DNA of 64,000 bases. Source: Thalia democratica. Taxonomy: Eukaryota. Below, piece by piece: positions 1 through 13,200 of this stretch (position 1 is the stretch's first letter; each line of letters opens with the position of its first letter). The translations under genes were made by a program, and so were the position numbers. Location of the stretch: NCBI GenBank assembly GCA_965202585.1, contig OZ241826.1:54436001-54500000 (forward strand). Reading direction: 5' to 3'. The notes below the pieces were generated by a model that did not search any database, had not been told where the DNA came from, and saw nothing but the letters and a program-made list of their open reading frames with translations.

Positions 1-89
1 AAAAAGTAGTTTTAATCTTTAACTGATTCTGTATAATTACAACGTTTAGTTTATTTATAAGCCTTAGAACCCTCAAAGTTTTGTTTCAG

Positions 90-1453
90 TTCAAAAATAT
101 TTTTAGGCAGTAGGATTAAACGAGACGGAACAGCTTTTGAAGTCAGTTTAGATCCAATAACAACTCCTATTAAGAATGCACCAGCAAGACTAGAAAGACT
201 GAAAAGTAAGAAAAAACGAACTCTGACCAAAGAGAAGCTAGAAATAAAAATGAAAAAAGCCCAAGCTAGAAGAGTAAGTTTAGTTGTAAATGATGGGCAT
301 AATGGTCGTTCATTTTGTTTTTTACAAGTTGATTTTTTATTGTAAATTTTTCTCTTAGCTATCAGCTTAGCAAAATTTTAAGTAGTTTTTGATATATAAG
401 AGATCATAGTAGTTGTGCTCAATAGGCTCAAAACAAAAACGCAAAAAATACTTTTTTTTAGATATATCTTCTTCATTTTTTAACTAATCTACTTCAAGTT
501 TTTAAGTCCATTACTAATAATTTTCTTTTTCAATGCAGGATTTTTGTCAGTGTTATAAAATAAAAACTTTATTAAAAAACGTTTTTTTTATAGTTCATGT
601 ATTTTTTTTATTTTTCTTTATCAAAAAAATTATAGCATTTAAAGTCTGTTTATATATACAAGGAATATTTCCTGAAAATTTGATGTATTTAGCTCAAAAA
701 ATATGGGATAAGATAAATTTAAGTTAGTTTTTAGACTTACTAAATTAGCAATAAAAGCTGTGGTCCATACGTTTGTATTAGAAACTTTTTACTAAAATGT
801 CTATATCTCAAAATTTTTTTTTTTAATCTTGACTTATAGTTTACACTTTTAGCTTTAAAAAAGAATTAATGTTAAATTGCTAAAAATAATGTTCTTAATC
901 CCTATAACCTTAATAGTTGTGTTTAGATTTATAGATTTAAGTTGACTTTAACTAGCACGACGATTTATCAGATGGAACATGAAAGATCGAAATCGCGCAT
1001 GGGTTCTAAGATGGTGGAACAACGATCAAAGACATCACAAAATTTGAATGATAATCTACAATCTGCAATGGGTGACGTTTTGAAGGTAAGAAAAGTAAAA
1101 TTTTAATATCAGAGTTATTATTTATTAAGAGATATTAGCATATAATTTTTTTTAACTGCTTTCTATTTATTTGTTCAAAACTTTTGTTATACTAATATAG
1201 TTTAATTTTATTGACAAAATTGTAGGGTTTAAATAATGAGGTAAGAAAATCTGCTAACACTCCACCTTTATCGGTTAAAAGCAATTTACACCCTGCTCTA
1301 GACGAAATGGGTTCTGACCCAGGAATCTTTACAAAAGATACTATTTCTAGAAAAGCTTCTAGTGGTACATCTTTATTTAACAGTGACGATTTAGAAAGTT
1401 TGGATGAGGTCATTATTGGCAACCATGATGATAATGATTCGATTGTCATATAA
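90..1453 (+). CDS. 3' part of a stathmin-domain-like protein (5' exons lie outside the window)
   Basis: Three phase-compatible GT-AG exons: about 90(or 107)-273, 927-1085 and 1226-1453 (TAA). Translation ...KRDGTAFEVSLDPITTPIKNAPARLERLKSKKKRTLTKEKLEIKMKKAQARR... resembles the stathmin/STMND1 'GxAFEvIL' motif followed by a basic coiled coil. The exon chain is well supported; the family call is from recalled motif similarity. Confidence 0.6.
420..850 (+). mobile_element. Partial Kolobok-like family copy in the gene-1 intron
   Basis: CAAGGAATATTTCCTGAAAATTTG and GGTCCATACGTTTGTATT..ATATCTCAAAA are shared with 33660-33830. Confidence 0.55.
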
Positions 1454-4400
1454 AGGCTTAAAATACGAAATTAACGCATAACATTTAGCTATACATTTTC
1501 ATTAAAAATTTTAGTTATTTTTTCACATAATTGATACTTTAAACTTAGTTTTAGACACATTTAATTATTATATTTAAAAAAATATACTTTACTCCTCTGT
1601 TTTTTATATTTTAGCCAATTTATATAATTTTTAAACCTATAATAAAAACTTTCTGAAGTTTTCTATTGTCTTTTAGTTAATTATTTACGGTATAACAAGG
1701 TTTTGAATTTGTTAAGTTTAACTTTACCTGATAAGAGAAAAAATAAGATTTTTATATTTTATTGTTTAATTTGTATATAGAGTATCAACAAAACTGCCGT
1801 TTTATTTCTAATGTATTTAAAATGTTCCTCACTTTTTTAAACATCTTTTATTTTATCAATCTGCTTTTCCCACAATTGCTTATTGAATTTAGATTTTTAT
1901 ACAGCTCCCATTTTTGTAATTTATATAGTTTTCCAGGTTGTGTTTACATAGTTTTTGTTTTAAATAAGTTTAAAAATATTTAATTAACTAAAAACATATA
2001 TTCTTAGCAATTTGTTTTTCTTGAAATAATTAAAAATACCATTATGTACACTTTTTTTTTCTATAAGATAAATATGTTGTTTTTGTTTTGAGCTTTCCTT
2101 AAGTTTGGTTAAAGGAAAAAACTGTTAACTATTTTTTATACTTGTATTGAGATTACTTATTTTTGATCTTAAAGAAATTGATAATAAATCACATAACTTT
2201 ACACATACAAGTAAGGTTCTAATTTTAAACCAGTATTATTATATTTTAAGCCTAATCTGTTTGCTACATTAACTTGGTGAACAGAAAAATAGTTATAACT
2301 TAAGATTTTTTGTGACAATATATGTAATAAATAATTTGTATTTTTATACTAAAAGTTTTCAAGTAACATAACTAATTTAGGGTTTTAATATCGACTTTGA
2401 CTCCCAAAGTTCTTACTTGATATTTTGTTTAACAGGACCAAAAGAATTTCGATCCAATTAAGATTATTACAGCAGATAAGGAAAGTTAGTTGAATGTATA
2501 GCTTTTAATAAAAAACGAAACTAAACATTTTTTTTTTTCAGTAACTGAGATAGAATAGTTTAGAAGAAGATTTCGAATAACAGTTTAGTTCATTAAAAGT
2601 TTGATAAAGCAGCTTAATTTGCCCAATATAATGCAGAAATGTAAATTCAGCAGATGTATTAATAAGTAATTGCCAAAAGATTATTTTAGTATTTTTTCTG
2701 ACCATTTTTTTAAGTTTATGCTTTTATGTCTAGAAAGTTGAAATAAAAACTTTGTTTTTACGAAAATATTTTTGCATTGTTGTAATATTTTAGTTTTCTA
2801 CTGGACTGCTAGTTTAAATATTTTTTATCAATTTGTTACTAAGCCTTTCAACATGCAGTTAGAATTTTGTTTATCTACGTCTTTTATTTGTTATTTGCTG
2901 TCTATTAAATTAAATTTGTCAAAAAATAAATTTAAATCAAAAAAGACAAATTCGTTAAAAAAGTCAATACTTAAATGAAATAAATTTATTACAAGTAGCT
3001 AAAGTAGTCATAAAATTAACTAAAACTTAATATTGATTTAGTTTAGATGTTTTAATTTTTTAGTTGGTTATGATGTAAACTGTTGAAAAATGTTTAATAG
3101 TCGTTTTCTTTCACCTAAGTAATTACAAAATTTATATCTAGTAGTTAAATTATTTACTAACAAGAAATTATTTTTAAAAGACTGTATCTAGTTTTTGTTT
3201 AATTCTATGTTTTAGTTGTATTTTTTTAACCATTGAAAACATTTCGCTACGTTTTTAATATAAAGCTGTTTTTACATGTCGTAAAGTTTAATAGTTAACA
3301 TGTTTAAATGACATACTTGAGCGTAGTTTATAATCATTCAAAAATTTAGTCAGAATAGCATATTATATGCTGCAAATAATTTACAAATAAGAATAAAAAT
3401 ACTTTCTACCTGAAAATAGTAAAAAAAGACTGTAATGTCTATTGCAGAGTATAATATATTTTCCCAAAACAAATTTTCGTTATTGCCTTCTTTTGTCAAA
3501 GACTTTAAAAAAATCGCCGCCTTTATTTCATACGCTCTTTGCTAGTTTTTTTTAACCCTTTACATTTTTGTTTATTTACTATTTATTTCTCCTTGGCAGC
3601 CAAAATTTTCCCAAGGGGTCGATATCGCCCATTTTGGGAGAACCTAGTTTAATAGATTAATTGAAAAAGTTATTAATTAAAATAGCTCTATTATATCTGG
3701 CAAATTTTATTCTAATAAAACATAATGATTTCTTTAATGTAATGTTTATTATAATGTGTTTAAAAAGATAGATGATAAACATAAGCTTAAACATTTAAAA
3801 TAAATATAAAGTTTACTATAACAAACTTTTATTTATATGCAAATTTTGGTCTAATATATCATAGGTGAAAGCCTTACTTTAAAAATTCGTGTATTATTTT
3901 GATACTTTTATTAGTGTAACGGCTAAAAGAGTTGAGAAAATTTATAAAGGTGAAAAAAATATTATTAAAATGAAACAGTATGGCATTTTAAGTCAAATAC
4001 GAAGTATAGAAATTTTATGTTAGTTTACTAAGCTAATGTTTTTCTTACACTTAATAAAAAAAACGTAAAAGAAGACTGTGTATTAAGATAAACCACTTTC
4101 GAGATATACCTTATTGAATTGAAACTATTTTTCGCTATTTAGAGCTGCTAAAAAAAAAATTGACATTAAATATTTTTATTTATCACTTTTGAATTCAAAT
4201 TTATTAGTTAATTTATAAAAAACTTTAAAACTTTGTTGATAAATGCAAAGCTTTTCAATAAGTTATTTAAAAAATTTGTAGCTATATGTTCTTAAAGTTT
4301 TAGTTAAGGTTTATTCAGTCTGTTAGGGCAATCATGTATTTTTTTGGTATACTTTTTGTAGCAGTATTACATTTAAATAATCTTTCAAAAATAAAATTGT

Positions 4401-4800
4401 TGGAAATTCATGTAAGTGAATCAGAATTAGATTTTTTACGTATGTGTAACTTAAAACCTTGATATACTAAAAGTTATTATCTTTAGATATGTTACTACTT
4501 AAACTATTGTTTTAATAAGAATAATGTAAAAAATCTGTAAAAAGTCTTTAAAATATTTAAAAGTCTTTTAGTTTGGTACTATAAACGTAAAAAGTTAATA
4601 AACTTTTTTTAACATCTTCTAAAAACTATATATTAGTTTATTTTATTAAAAATATCTCAGTATAATTTTATTCGTCATTCCTCAAACTTAAAATAAAAAT
4701 GAGAAACAAAAGTTTTTGATATGTGTAAGTTTTTGTATAACTAATAATCTTCGTAATTTTTATTACTGTGAAATTATGCATGCTTCAAACAATGGAAAGT

Positions 4801-4844
4801 TCTGCTGATCAATTCGCTCTGCTGATCAATTCGCTCTGCTAATC
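4801..4844. repeat. 17-bp tandem repeat, about 2.6 copies
   Basis: Unit TCTGCTGATCAATTCGC. Confidence 0.85.
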
Positions 4845-6113
4845 TCAAGTTGTTTTTAAAATCGTATATGACCTTGTTGCAAATAACACACTAAAAACTT
4901 CACATAAACTGTCTTTAAAAATTTATGATTAAGTTTTTATTTGTCAAATTCATTTAGCATAATAGACCTTCAACAAGAAAAAAGAAATAAAAGCCTTTTA
5001 TCTGGTAGCAATGTTTCGGATATCATCAACAAAAATTATTTTTTCATCGTGTGCAGTCAAGTGCATACTTTTTCTTTCCTTGAAAACTTGTAGCCAAAAA
5101 TTCAAGATTCTAGCGTTAATAGAGTTTTAAAACAAATATAAATTCAGACTAAAATAAACTTGTGTCAGTTAGCGCGAAGAAATTTGAAGGGTAATTGCTT
5201 AGATTAAATTTTGATATACTCAAAAATATAAAACCAACCGTCAAAATAAAAACTATTAAAAACGTGAAAGACCATTCATTATTTTTTCGTAGTTTAAAGA
5301 ATTTGTTTCGAAGTTTTGTTTTGAGTTTAATTAGTAGTTTTTTTACTTTTCTAAAGTTTTTTTTTGCTATAATAAAAAGTAAACTAGGTTTAGATATACA
5401 TGTACATTTTGTCGTTAACCAAGCAAACCTACAAAGTTTAAGGGGGTTTGAGCACAAGCAAGAATAAATACAAGTATATATTTAAAATTAATTTGATTTA
5501 ATAGGTTTCTAAATGAAAACATAGTCTTTAGTTACTCGATAAAATGTTTTTTTAAATTATCTTTAACAGTCCTAGCTGACGTATTCTTCGAAACACCTAG
5601 ACATGTATTGAACTTTTTTTTTAGATTTTTACTGAATAATGTTAGTAGAACGTGTTCTTTTAATTTATCGAGAGTTTGTCTTAAAATCTAATAAACATTC
5701 ACGCAATTTTAAAAAACGAAACTGATAAGTTTGAGTTTAACTTATATCAGTTATAACTTGAAATAAAACTGTTTTGTAATACTAAAAGAAGATAGAACGA
5801 AAATTTTCAAAAATATGCTGCTTTTTAAGTCTGACAATGTTTGTTTTTTAAAGAAATTTTATACTTAGTTTGAAAAAACGATGTGATATAATCTCACAAC
5901 AATTTTTTTTATTTAAGTTCGTAAAAATCAAGTCTTTAAAGTTTTTTTAAATACTGAGAACAAAAAAAAAATATAACTTATATTTGCGAGCTACTTTTAA
6001 TTAGATTATTAAAAAACATTTTAGGTTTTTTTTTTAATACAACCCAATAAATATAGTTTTAAAGTTTAACTTAAGCCTAAATGTTTTTTTTATGTTTTAT
6101 TTTATTAGAAATA

Positions 6114-6155
6114 TTATAACTGACGATGCCGCTGGAAAGAAACGCTGTATTGTAA
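6114..6155 (+). ncRNA. Isolated minimal type I hammerhead-like motif
   Basis: TTATAA-CTGACGA-TGCCGCTGGAAA-GAAA-C-GCT-G-TA-TTGTAA. Stem I is 6 bp with one G-U pair, the cleavage triplet is GUA, and stem II is imperfect. Confidence 0.5.
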
Positions 6156-7249
6156 CGAATTTTTAAAACGTTACAGTTGTATTTTGTTCAAGATTAAGAT
6201 CCAAGTTGAGAACCTTAACTGTTTTTCTTGATATTTAAAATATATAGTACACTTGTATATGTTTAATAAATACTAAAAAACATTAATTTTAAACTTTTCC
6301 TAAAATATCTTAGTAAACATTCTGTCCAAAAGTATAGAAAAACTACATTTTTGTGATAAAAACAAATTATACAGTAATCTTCCTTTATTATACCTTTATT
6401 CTTCCTTTATTCTATATTCATTTTTGTGATATCAATTATTTAAATTTTTAGCAATGAAAGAAATTAAAAATTTACCTCAACAAAAGATGTATCAAATTCG
6501 CTGAAATTTTACGGAATGCAACTTTAAGATACTTTATGTGTAACATTTTTATTATAAATTATCAATTAGTTGTTACAAAAAAAGTATTTTAATATATTTT
6601 TGTACTACAATAACTATTAGAAATAATATCAGATTCTATAACATAACATCACCTTAATTATAAAAAACTTTCTGTTATCTATAAAATTTTACCTTTAATA
6701 TACTTACAGAGATATCAATATAATACTGACTTTTCTGTCAAAAGTTTTCTTTCTTGATCTAAATAGTTTAAAGAAATTAAAGTTATAACTATTTAAAATA
6801 TTTTTAAATGTAGTCCATTTCGTTGAAAGTATAAGTTATAAAATTTAATTATTTTAATTAAGTTCTTATAAAGACAAAAAACATTGAAAATATACTTCAA
6901 TTGATAACTTTTAAATACCTATATGCAACTAAAAAATAAAGAATATATAATAAAATACAGCAAAAACATATAGTCCCTTATAGCAACATATCTATTTGCT
7001 TAAAACATTTTTTTTTATAAACTTATCTTGAAACCTTATAACAAACGAAAACTTACGTTTTTTTTTCTCTGAAAGCAAGACTCGTACAATTATATTTTAC
7101 TGTCGATTATAATGTTCATGCAATTTTAAAATCATGCATAAATCTATTATGAAGTTTTCAAAAAAAACACCGCCAAAAATGATATAATAAAAATAGGGTG
7201 CTTGATTGAAAACTGTTAGTGTGAACTTATCATTTAAAATAACTATATT

Positions 7250-10200
7250 TTACGGATCCCACTCATAATAGTCGTCAGATAGACATTTTTCTCCGTTAGA
7301 AGAAATTTTTGAGGTTACTGCATCTGATACAATACTGTTTCCAGATTTATTTTCAATTTTGGAAGGTCTATTAGTTATGGGTCTCGATGAAGAAGGTTTG
7401 CAACTGGTAAGGTTTTTTTCAGCGGTTTTGTTGTTGTTGTTTTGAAAGCATACAACAGAGTCTTCTTCAAAGTCTGAAAAGTCTGATGATTCCGGATCTT
7501 CCTACAATAAATACATTTGTTTGAAACAACAAAGTTTTATTAAACTATTCTTTAAAGTTTATAGTGGAAAAAATCTCAGTCAGGTAAATTTTAATCTTCA
7601 ATTTAAAAATAACTAAAATTTAAAAAAAGACAGTTCATCATGCCTGTGATTTTTAATCTTTTTTTTTTTTGGAATTCTATATAATACAATAACAATACAC
7701 AAGTACTTTTTCATTTAAATAAATTTACTAAAACAGTTATATCTGCCCAAACTTACGAACTGAACGTATTTTAACAGAATAAGTAAGTATTTTTCTCCTA
7801 ATAAAACAATGAAACACTAGGAGCTTTATTTTTTTAAATAATTATTTATTAAAAAAAAGTATTTACTTTAACAAAAATAGAAAAACTTTAGTCTGTTTCC
7901 AGTTAAAAAAAAGTTTATTAAAATAATTTTCTTATGAACAAAGAATTGTAAAGTATTTTATAAAATATAAATATATATTTTTTTTTTTCATTTTAATGTG
8001 TTGAAAATATGAACCTTTTTATATTTGTTTGATTTTAATAAAACTAAACTTTTTGATAACAAGTTTTATTTTTCAAATGTTTTAAGTTCATAAAAACTTC
8101 AAACTTAAAATTTAAAGGAATTATTTACAAAAGAATGTTTCTTCCTGTAGGAATTTTCAATTTTAATTTAAATCCAAAGGTTTTTTGTACACTAGGTCAT
8201 GGGAACAAGTATTTTAAAGTCTTTTTTTCTCGTTCAACAAAAAATCTAAAACTTTTTTTAAAACCATACATAAAATCTTAAATTTATTATTAAACCTGTA
8301 GCTACTCCTTGAACTCAAGCTGAGAAAAAATATTTGCTCTCTTATAATAAGTTTTCATAAAAATCTGACTTACAATGAGGGGATTCACAGTGATGGTCAT
8401 TGCAGAGTCATCCCAGTCCATGTCATCGTCGCTTTTTGCTGCCACCTCGTCGGTTAGTTGGTGAGTGCTGTCTTCAGAAACTTCGCGGTTGTGAAGCTTA
8501 CTGTGGATGAGCGCGGCTATTGCCAAAACAACTAATAGGACAACGCAGATTCCTGTAACAACAAAAGGTACAGCATTTTGTTGATCTTTTTTGTGAACTG
8601 CTGCAGAACTGTATCTTTTAATTGGATTATTTTGATGGTTAACGTCGTTGTTTTTTATTTCAACTGATGGTTTTTTATCGTTGTTGGAAACTAGTAGACC
8701 CTGAGGCTTGTTTAGGTCGTTATCAATATATAGAACTTTTTTCTTATTAGGCTCTGTCTTTGTTTGATATTCTAGAAAGTGGTATTGAAGTAGTAAAAAA
8801 CCTTCTTTTTACTTACCTTTACAAGTTTACTAGAACTTACTAAAGATAAAAATATTAATCAAATAGTACGTTTTTTAAGTGGTTCTCGAAAACTGAACTA
8901 TTTACTTGTGCTACCTTTGTTTGTAAGAAGTTCTTTTGACACTTTGATGTGATCTTGAACTTTTGAAGGAGTTGGTTTAACATCATACATTTTTTTTGTA
9001 GAAGTTATCAATTTGTTTTCGACTGTAGTGTAATGATCTACTGTACTTTCGTCTAAAACACTAGATTCTGTACTTCCTTCATTATTCGATTTAAAATCAA
9101 CCTTTATGAACAAACATATACTCTAAGTAAACTTTAATTATCTAAATAATATAACAACATGATAATATAGTAAATAATAATACAATATAAATATAAATAA
9201 AATTAAACAATAAATTTTATAGAACAATATAATAAATATAATACATCATAGATATGGGGTGCACGACTATTCAAATTCTGATATTTAAAGTTCCGAAAAC
9301 TTAAACTCTGATAATTTTGAATTAGTTTGATTTATCGTATTAAAAATCTACTTATATCAAAATATTTTTAACCACCATTGTTTTATTTTTTAATTAGATA
9401 TACATTAACCACTTTTTTTTTTCAAAATATAACTTCTTTTTTGTAAAATAGCTGAATCAGTTGTAAAACTTAACAAAACATGGCTACTTTTAGTTTTTTA
9501 TAAATATTTACTTCATTTTATTCTATTAATTACAATTATAACAATAAGACCTACATTAGCATTTCTTATTTGTATATCAAGTTTAAGTATTTTTTGAGAT
9601 GTGGTCGTTGTAAAATTTTTATAAGAGTTTAAATGGTCAGAATTTGAGTTGTCGGATTTGAATTGTTATGTAACCACAGATATGTACATTACATCCTCAA
9701 TGATTTTGATCTTATTGAGTTCATTATGTATTATTATGGTTAAGTGTAAATTAGTGATGTAAAAATTTGATTTAAAAAAAAAAAAATTTAGTTGATACTT
9801 TTTTTAATTTGTTAAATACTAGATTATAGGTAAATTTTACAATCAAAAAATACTCTATAAGTTACTTTAGGCTTACTTTAAGTGGAAAACTTTTACTAAA
9901 AGAATTCGCTTTTCCTTTACATTCTATGTCAAAAACTAAAGACTTTTTTTTAATGGAGGTAGACCTTTTAATTAAAATGCTTCTTAGTCCTTCCTGGTAT
10001 GTTTCCAAAGTTGAATCTCCTTAAACATTATTGATAACAATTTTTTTCAATTTCTAAGGTTTTTATTAAAACTCAACAACAAAGCAATATTAACATTTAA
10101 CAAATGAGGCTAATCCCTTAGTTGTTTTTATTTAAAGATTATTTAGAACAAAATTATTATAAATTTTTTTTTATTTTTAAAACTATTGTACTTTGAAATA

Positions 10201-13200
10201 TTTTATTGCTAATGCTTTAAAAATCCGGACTGAATTACGAGCTGATATATTTTATGCAGAAAAAATACTGTATTACATAGACTATATTTTTCAAACAGTC
10301 TGTGCCGTACTGTTTTTTATAATATTAATTTAAATAAAAAATTTACAAATTCTAATAAACAAATTTTTCTTACTTCCTGAAAGAATATAAATATTTTTTT
10401 GTTTTTTAAAATTCATGCTTTTTTTCTTTAACCATTTTTTGTTCAAATGTAACAAAGAGCTGTTAGAGTTTTCTCCTTTTACAGTTACTTCGCAACGTCT
10501 TATTTTTTCTTTTGAATCTGTCGAATAAATTAAAATCCAGCTACTTAAAGTTAAAAGTTAAGCAAACCACATAAACTTAAAGACCTATAAAATCTTGTTT
10601 TAACTAAATAACATTTTCAAAATCAAACAAAGTAAGCTTTTATATTTCCATAAGTTTCTTTAATACCAAAAACAAACCTAATGCAAGCTCATTCTCTTCG
10701 GAACTTTTAAGTCTTATTAGTACATCTTGAAACGGACTAACATCTTCTTTAAGTGGTAACACGAAGTTTTTATAGTTTAAACCTATTACATATAAATAAT
10801 TAGGAACATCTAGTTGTAGTTGAAGTTTAATCGAAACGGGCTTTATTTTAGGACAGTCTTCTGAAAATTGTGCTGGACAACTAAAAGTATTAATTAGTAA
10901 ATTTAAAATATTATTCTTTCCATTCAATTTAAAACTCACTTGAGCTTAGTAGATAAAATAATAGTTCGATTTATAACTTCAAGATTCTTTAAACTGTTTT
11001 TATACTTTAAAAATCCCATTTTGAGAGGTAGTTCAGACAGACTTTCTAAAATTTTTGTTTCTTGGTAGCCCTGTCGAAAAATTAAAAATTAATAATCTTT
11101 AATTTATTTAAATAGTGTCTTATACCATATCATATAATGGTTATGCCATAGCTGCACAAAATACTAGTCAAGTTTTTTTTATTTTTAAAAACTTTCAGTA
11201 TAAACAAAAGTTTATAAAAATATATTAAATACAGATTTCATTGAAATACAAACATTTATCACTTACTGTATAAAAAAATAAGTAATTGTTTTTATTATTT
11301 TTCATCATTTTTACTTGTTTTAAATTACTGCATTAAACTTTTTTTTTCGATAGTACTAAATAAGCATTTACATTAAAAAAAATCATTTTATATAGTAAAC
11401 AACTTAGAACATACTAATATTAGTTAATATAGTCATTAACAAAATCTGAATTGATAAAATACTAGTATTTAGACACAAAAGTTAAATACATATTTTTTTT
11501 TTAATCTCGGCTAAGTTCTGATTTTGCTGCTTATCTTGTTTTAAAACATTGATCGTTTTATAAATATCAAGAGAAAATGGTTTCAACGTATACAAACCTT
11601 TGAAACGATAACATTTTTTGATTTTTCTAACCCCAAAAACTTGATACCTTCTTGGCAAAATGTTAAACATTGTCTTTCATTTTTTGACATTAACTTACCA
11701 TGACTTACTAGTAATTTAGTTATTTTACCATAAAAGTGTTGATTATAAATGGATTCTTTACCTGAAAAATAACTAAAATATTGTTTTAATAGAATACTTT
11801 CAAGATATTTTACTAGTTAGTTATTGTCAAAAAGATGAATACTTGATTTAATTTTATACACAAAAGAGTACTTTCAAAAAACTGAATAAAACTAATACTA
11901 TTTCTATGCTATAGTTTAAACTTTTGTTATACGAGATAGCTTAAAATATACTTAATAAACTTATGTAAAAACACGTTTTAGTTATTAAGTGTTTTTGATG
12001 TAAATAATACATAATTCACTTACAAAAAGCTCAACTTTATTTTATAACAATAATAGTCTTTCTTAAGATAGGTAAATTAAGTAACTTTAACTTTTAGACC
12101 TTCCCAAGCAGCTCCAACGCTCCAAACAGTAGAAGAAACTTTACTTAAGTGCAAAGGATAATCGTCAGCTATAAGAAAAGGCTTTTTACTCACATTGTTT
12201 ATGTACAAACTGATATTTGGGTAATCAATGTTGAGTAAAACTTCGTATTTTATGTTGTTACAGTTTCCATCCTTCAAAAATTAAACAGTTATGAGTCATG
12301 TTTGAAAAAAATGAATTATACTTTTTTGTAAAGCTTTTCAGCTTTGTATTCAAACAGTTATTCTTTAACAGCCTAATCTAGATATTTAAGCAACACCAAT
12401 TCAAAACGTTTCAATTCTTTAGATGCAAGTTAATAATTTTTACTATCAGTTTATCATGCTTTTTTTTCATATCAATTCTTTATTAAACTATTTCATAAAT
12501 AGACAATTTAAAAAAAATTTAATTAAAACGTCTTTATTTTTATTATTTTAAATATTTTAAAAAGTATCAACTAGTTTAAAGTTTTTTAACTTGTTTTAAT
12601 TTCTTAAAACTCAAACAACTTATTTAACACCAACAGTAAACTGCATACACTAATAAAAAAACTATTTTACTTATCCAAGTACTTTTCTAAAAAGTTAAGT
12701 TTCATAATTTGAAGTGTGAACGATTATGTAAAAATTTCAAACGTTTAAAGGTAAAGCGTTTAAAGGTTTTTCAAAAAACTTATGCATTGTTTTGTTTTAT
12801 AGACATTAAAAAATTTCAAGCGTTTAAAGGTTTTTCAAAAAAAAAACACACTGTTTTCTGTTATAAATAATAAAAAATTCCCTAAAGAAGTATAGCGCGA
12901 TATATTATTTAATACTTACTATACCAAAGAACTTTTTAAATTAGACTGAAATCTATAAGAAAGTAATAATTAATTTTCTATTAAAAGCTTACACAAAACA
13001 AGTCAACATAGATTTGAAGTTATTTAAGATTTTTATCGGTAACAAAGGTAAAAAATGTCTGAGCTTCACTTGAAAATACTAAATTATGCATAAGTATGAA
13101 GAACGTCATCTTAAAATAAACTTCAGCGTTTTCAATTTATAATTCAAGCTTCGAATTTTAAAGTTTGTTTTGAGTGTTTATTTTTTACGAATATATAATA

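Noticed and set aside
2420-2485. Minus-strand hammerhead-like string CTGCTGT..GATC-GAAA..GTC
   Set aside because: Two mismatches in the CUGANGA box and no stem I pairing.
3605-3648. Hairpin followed by CTAGT, resembling a Helitron 3' end
   Set aside because: It fits a decayed hAT right end (GGGAGAACC..) equally well, and no 5' TC partner was found.
4990-5040. Minus-strand FVDDI resembling a reverse-transcriptase motif
   Set aside because: It is surrounded by stops, with no other RT motifs recoverable.
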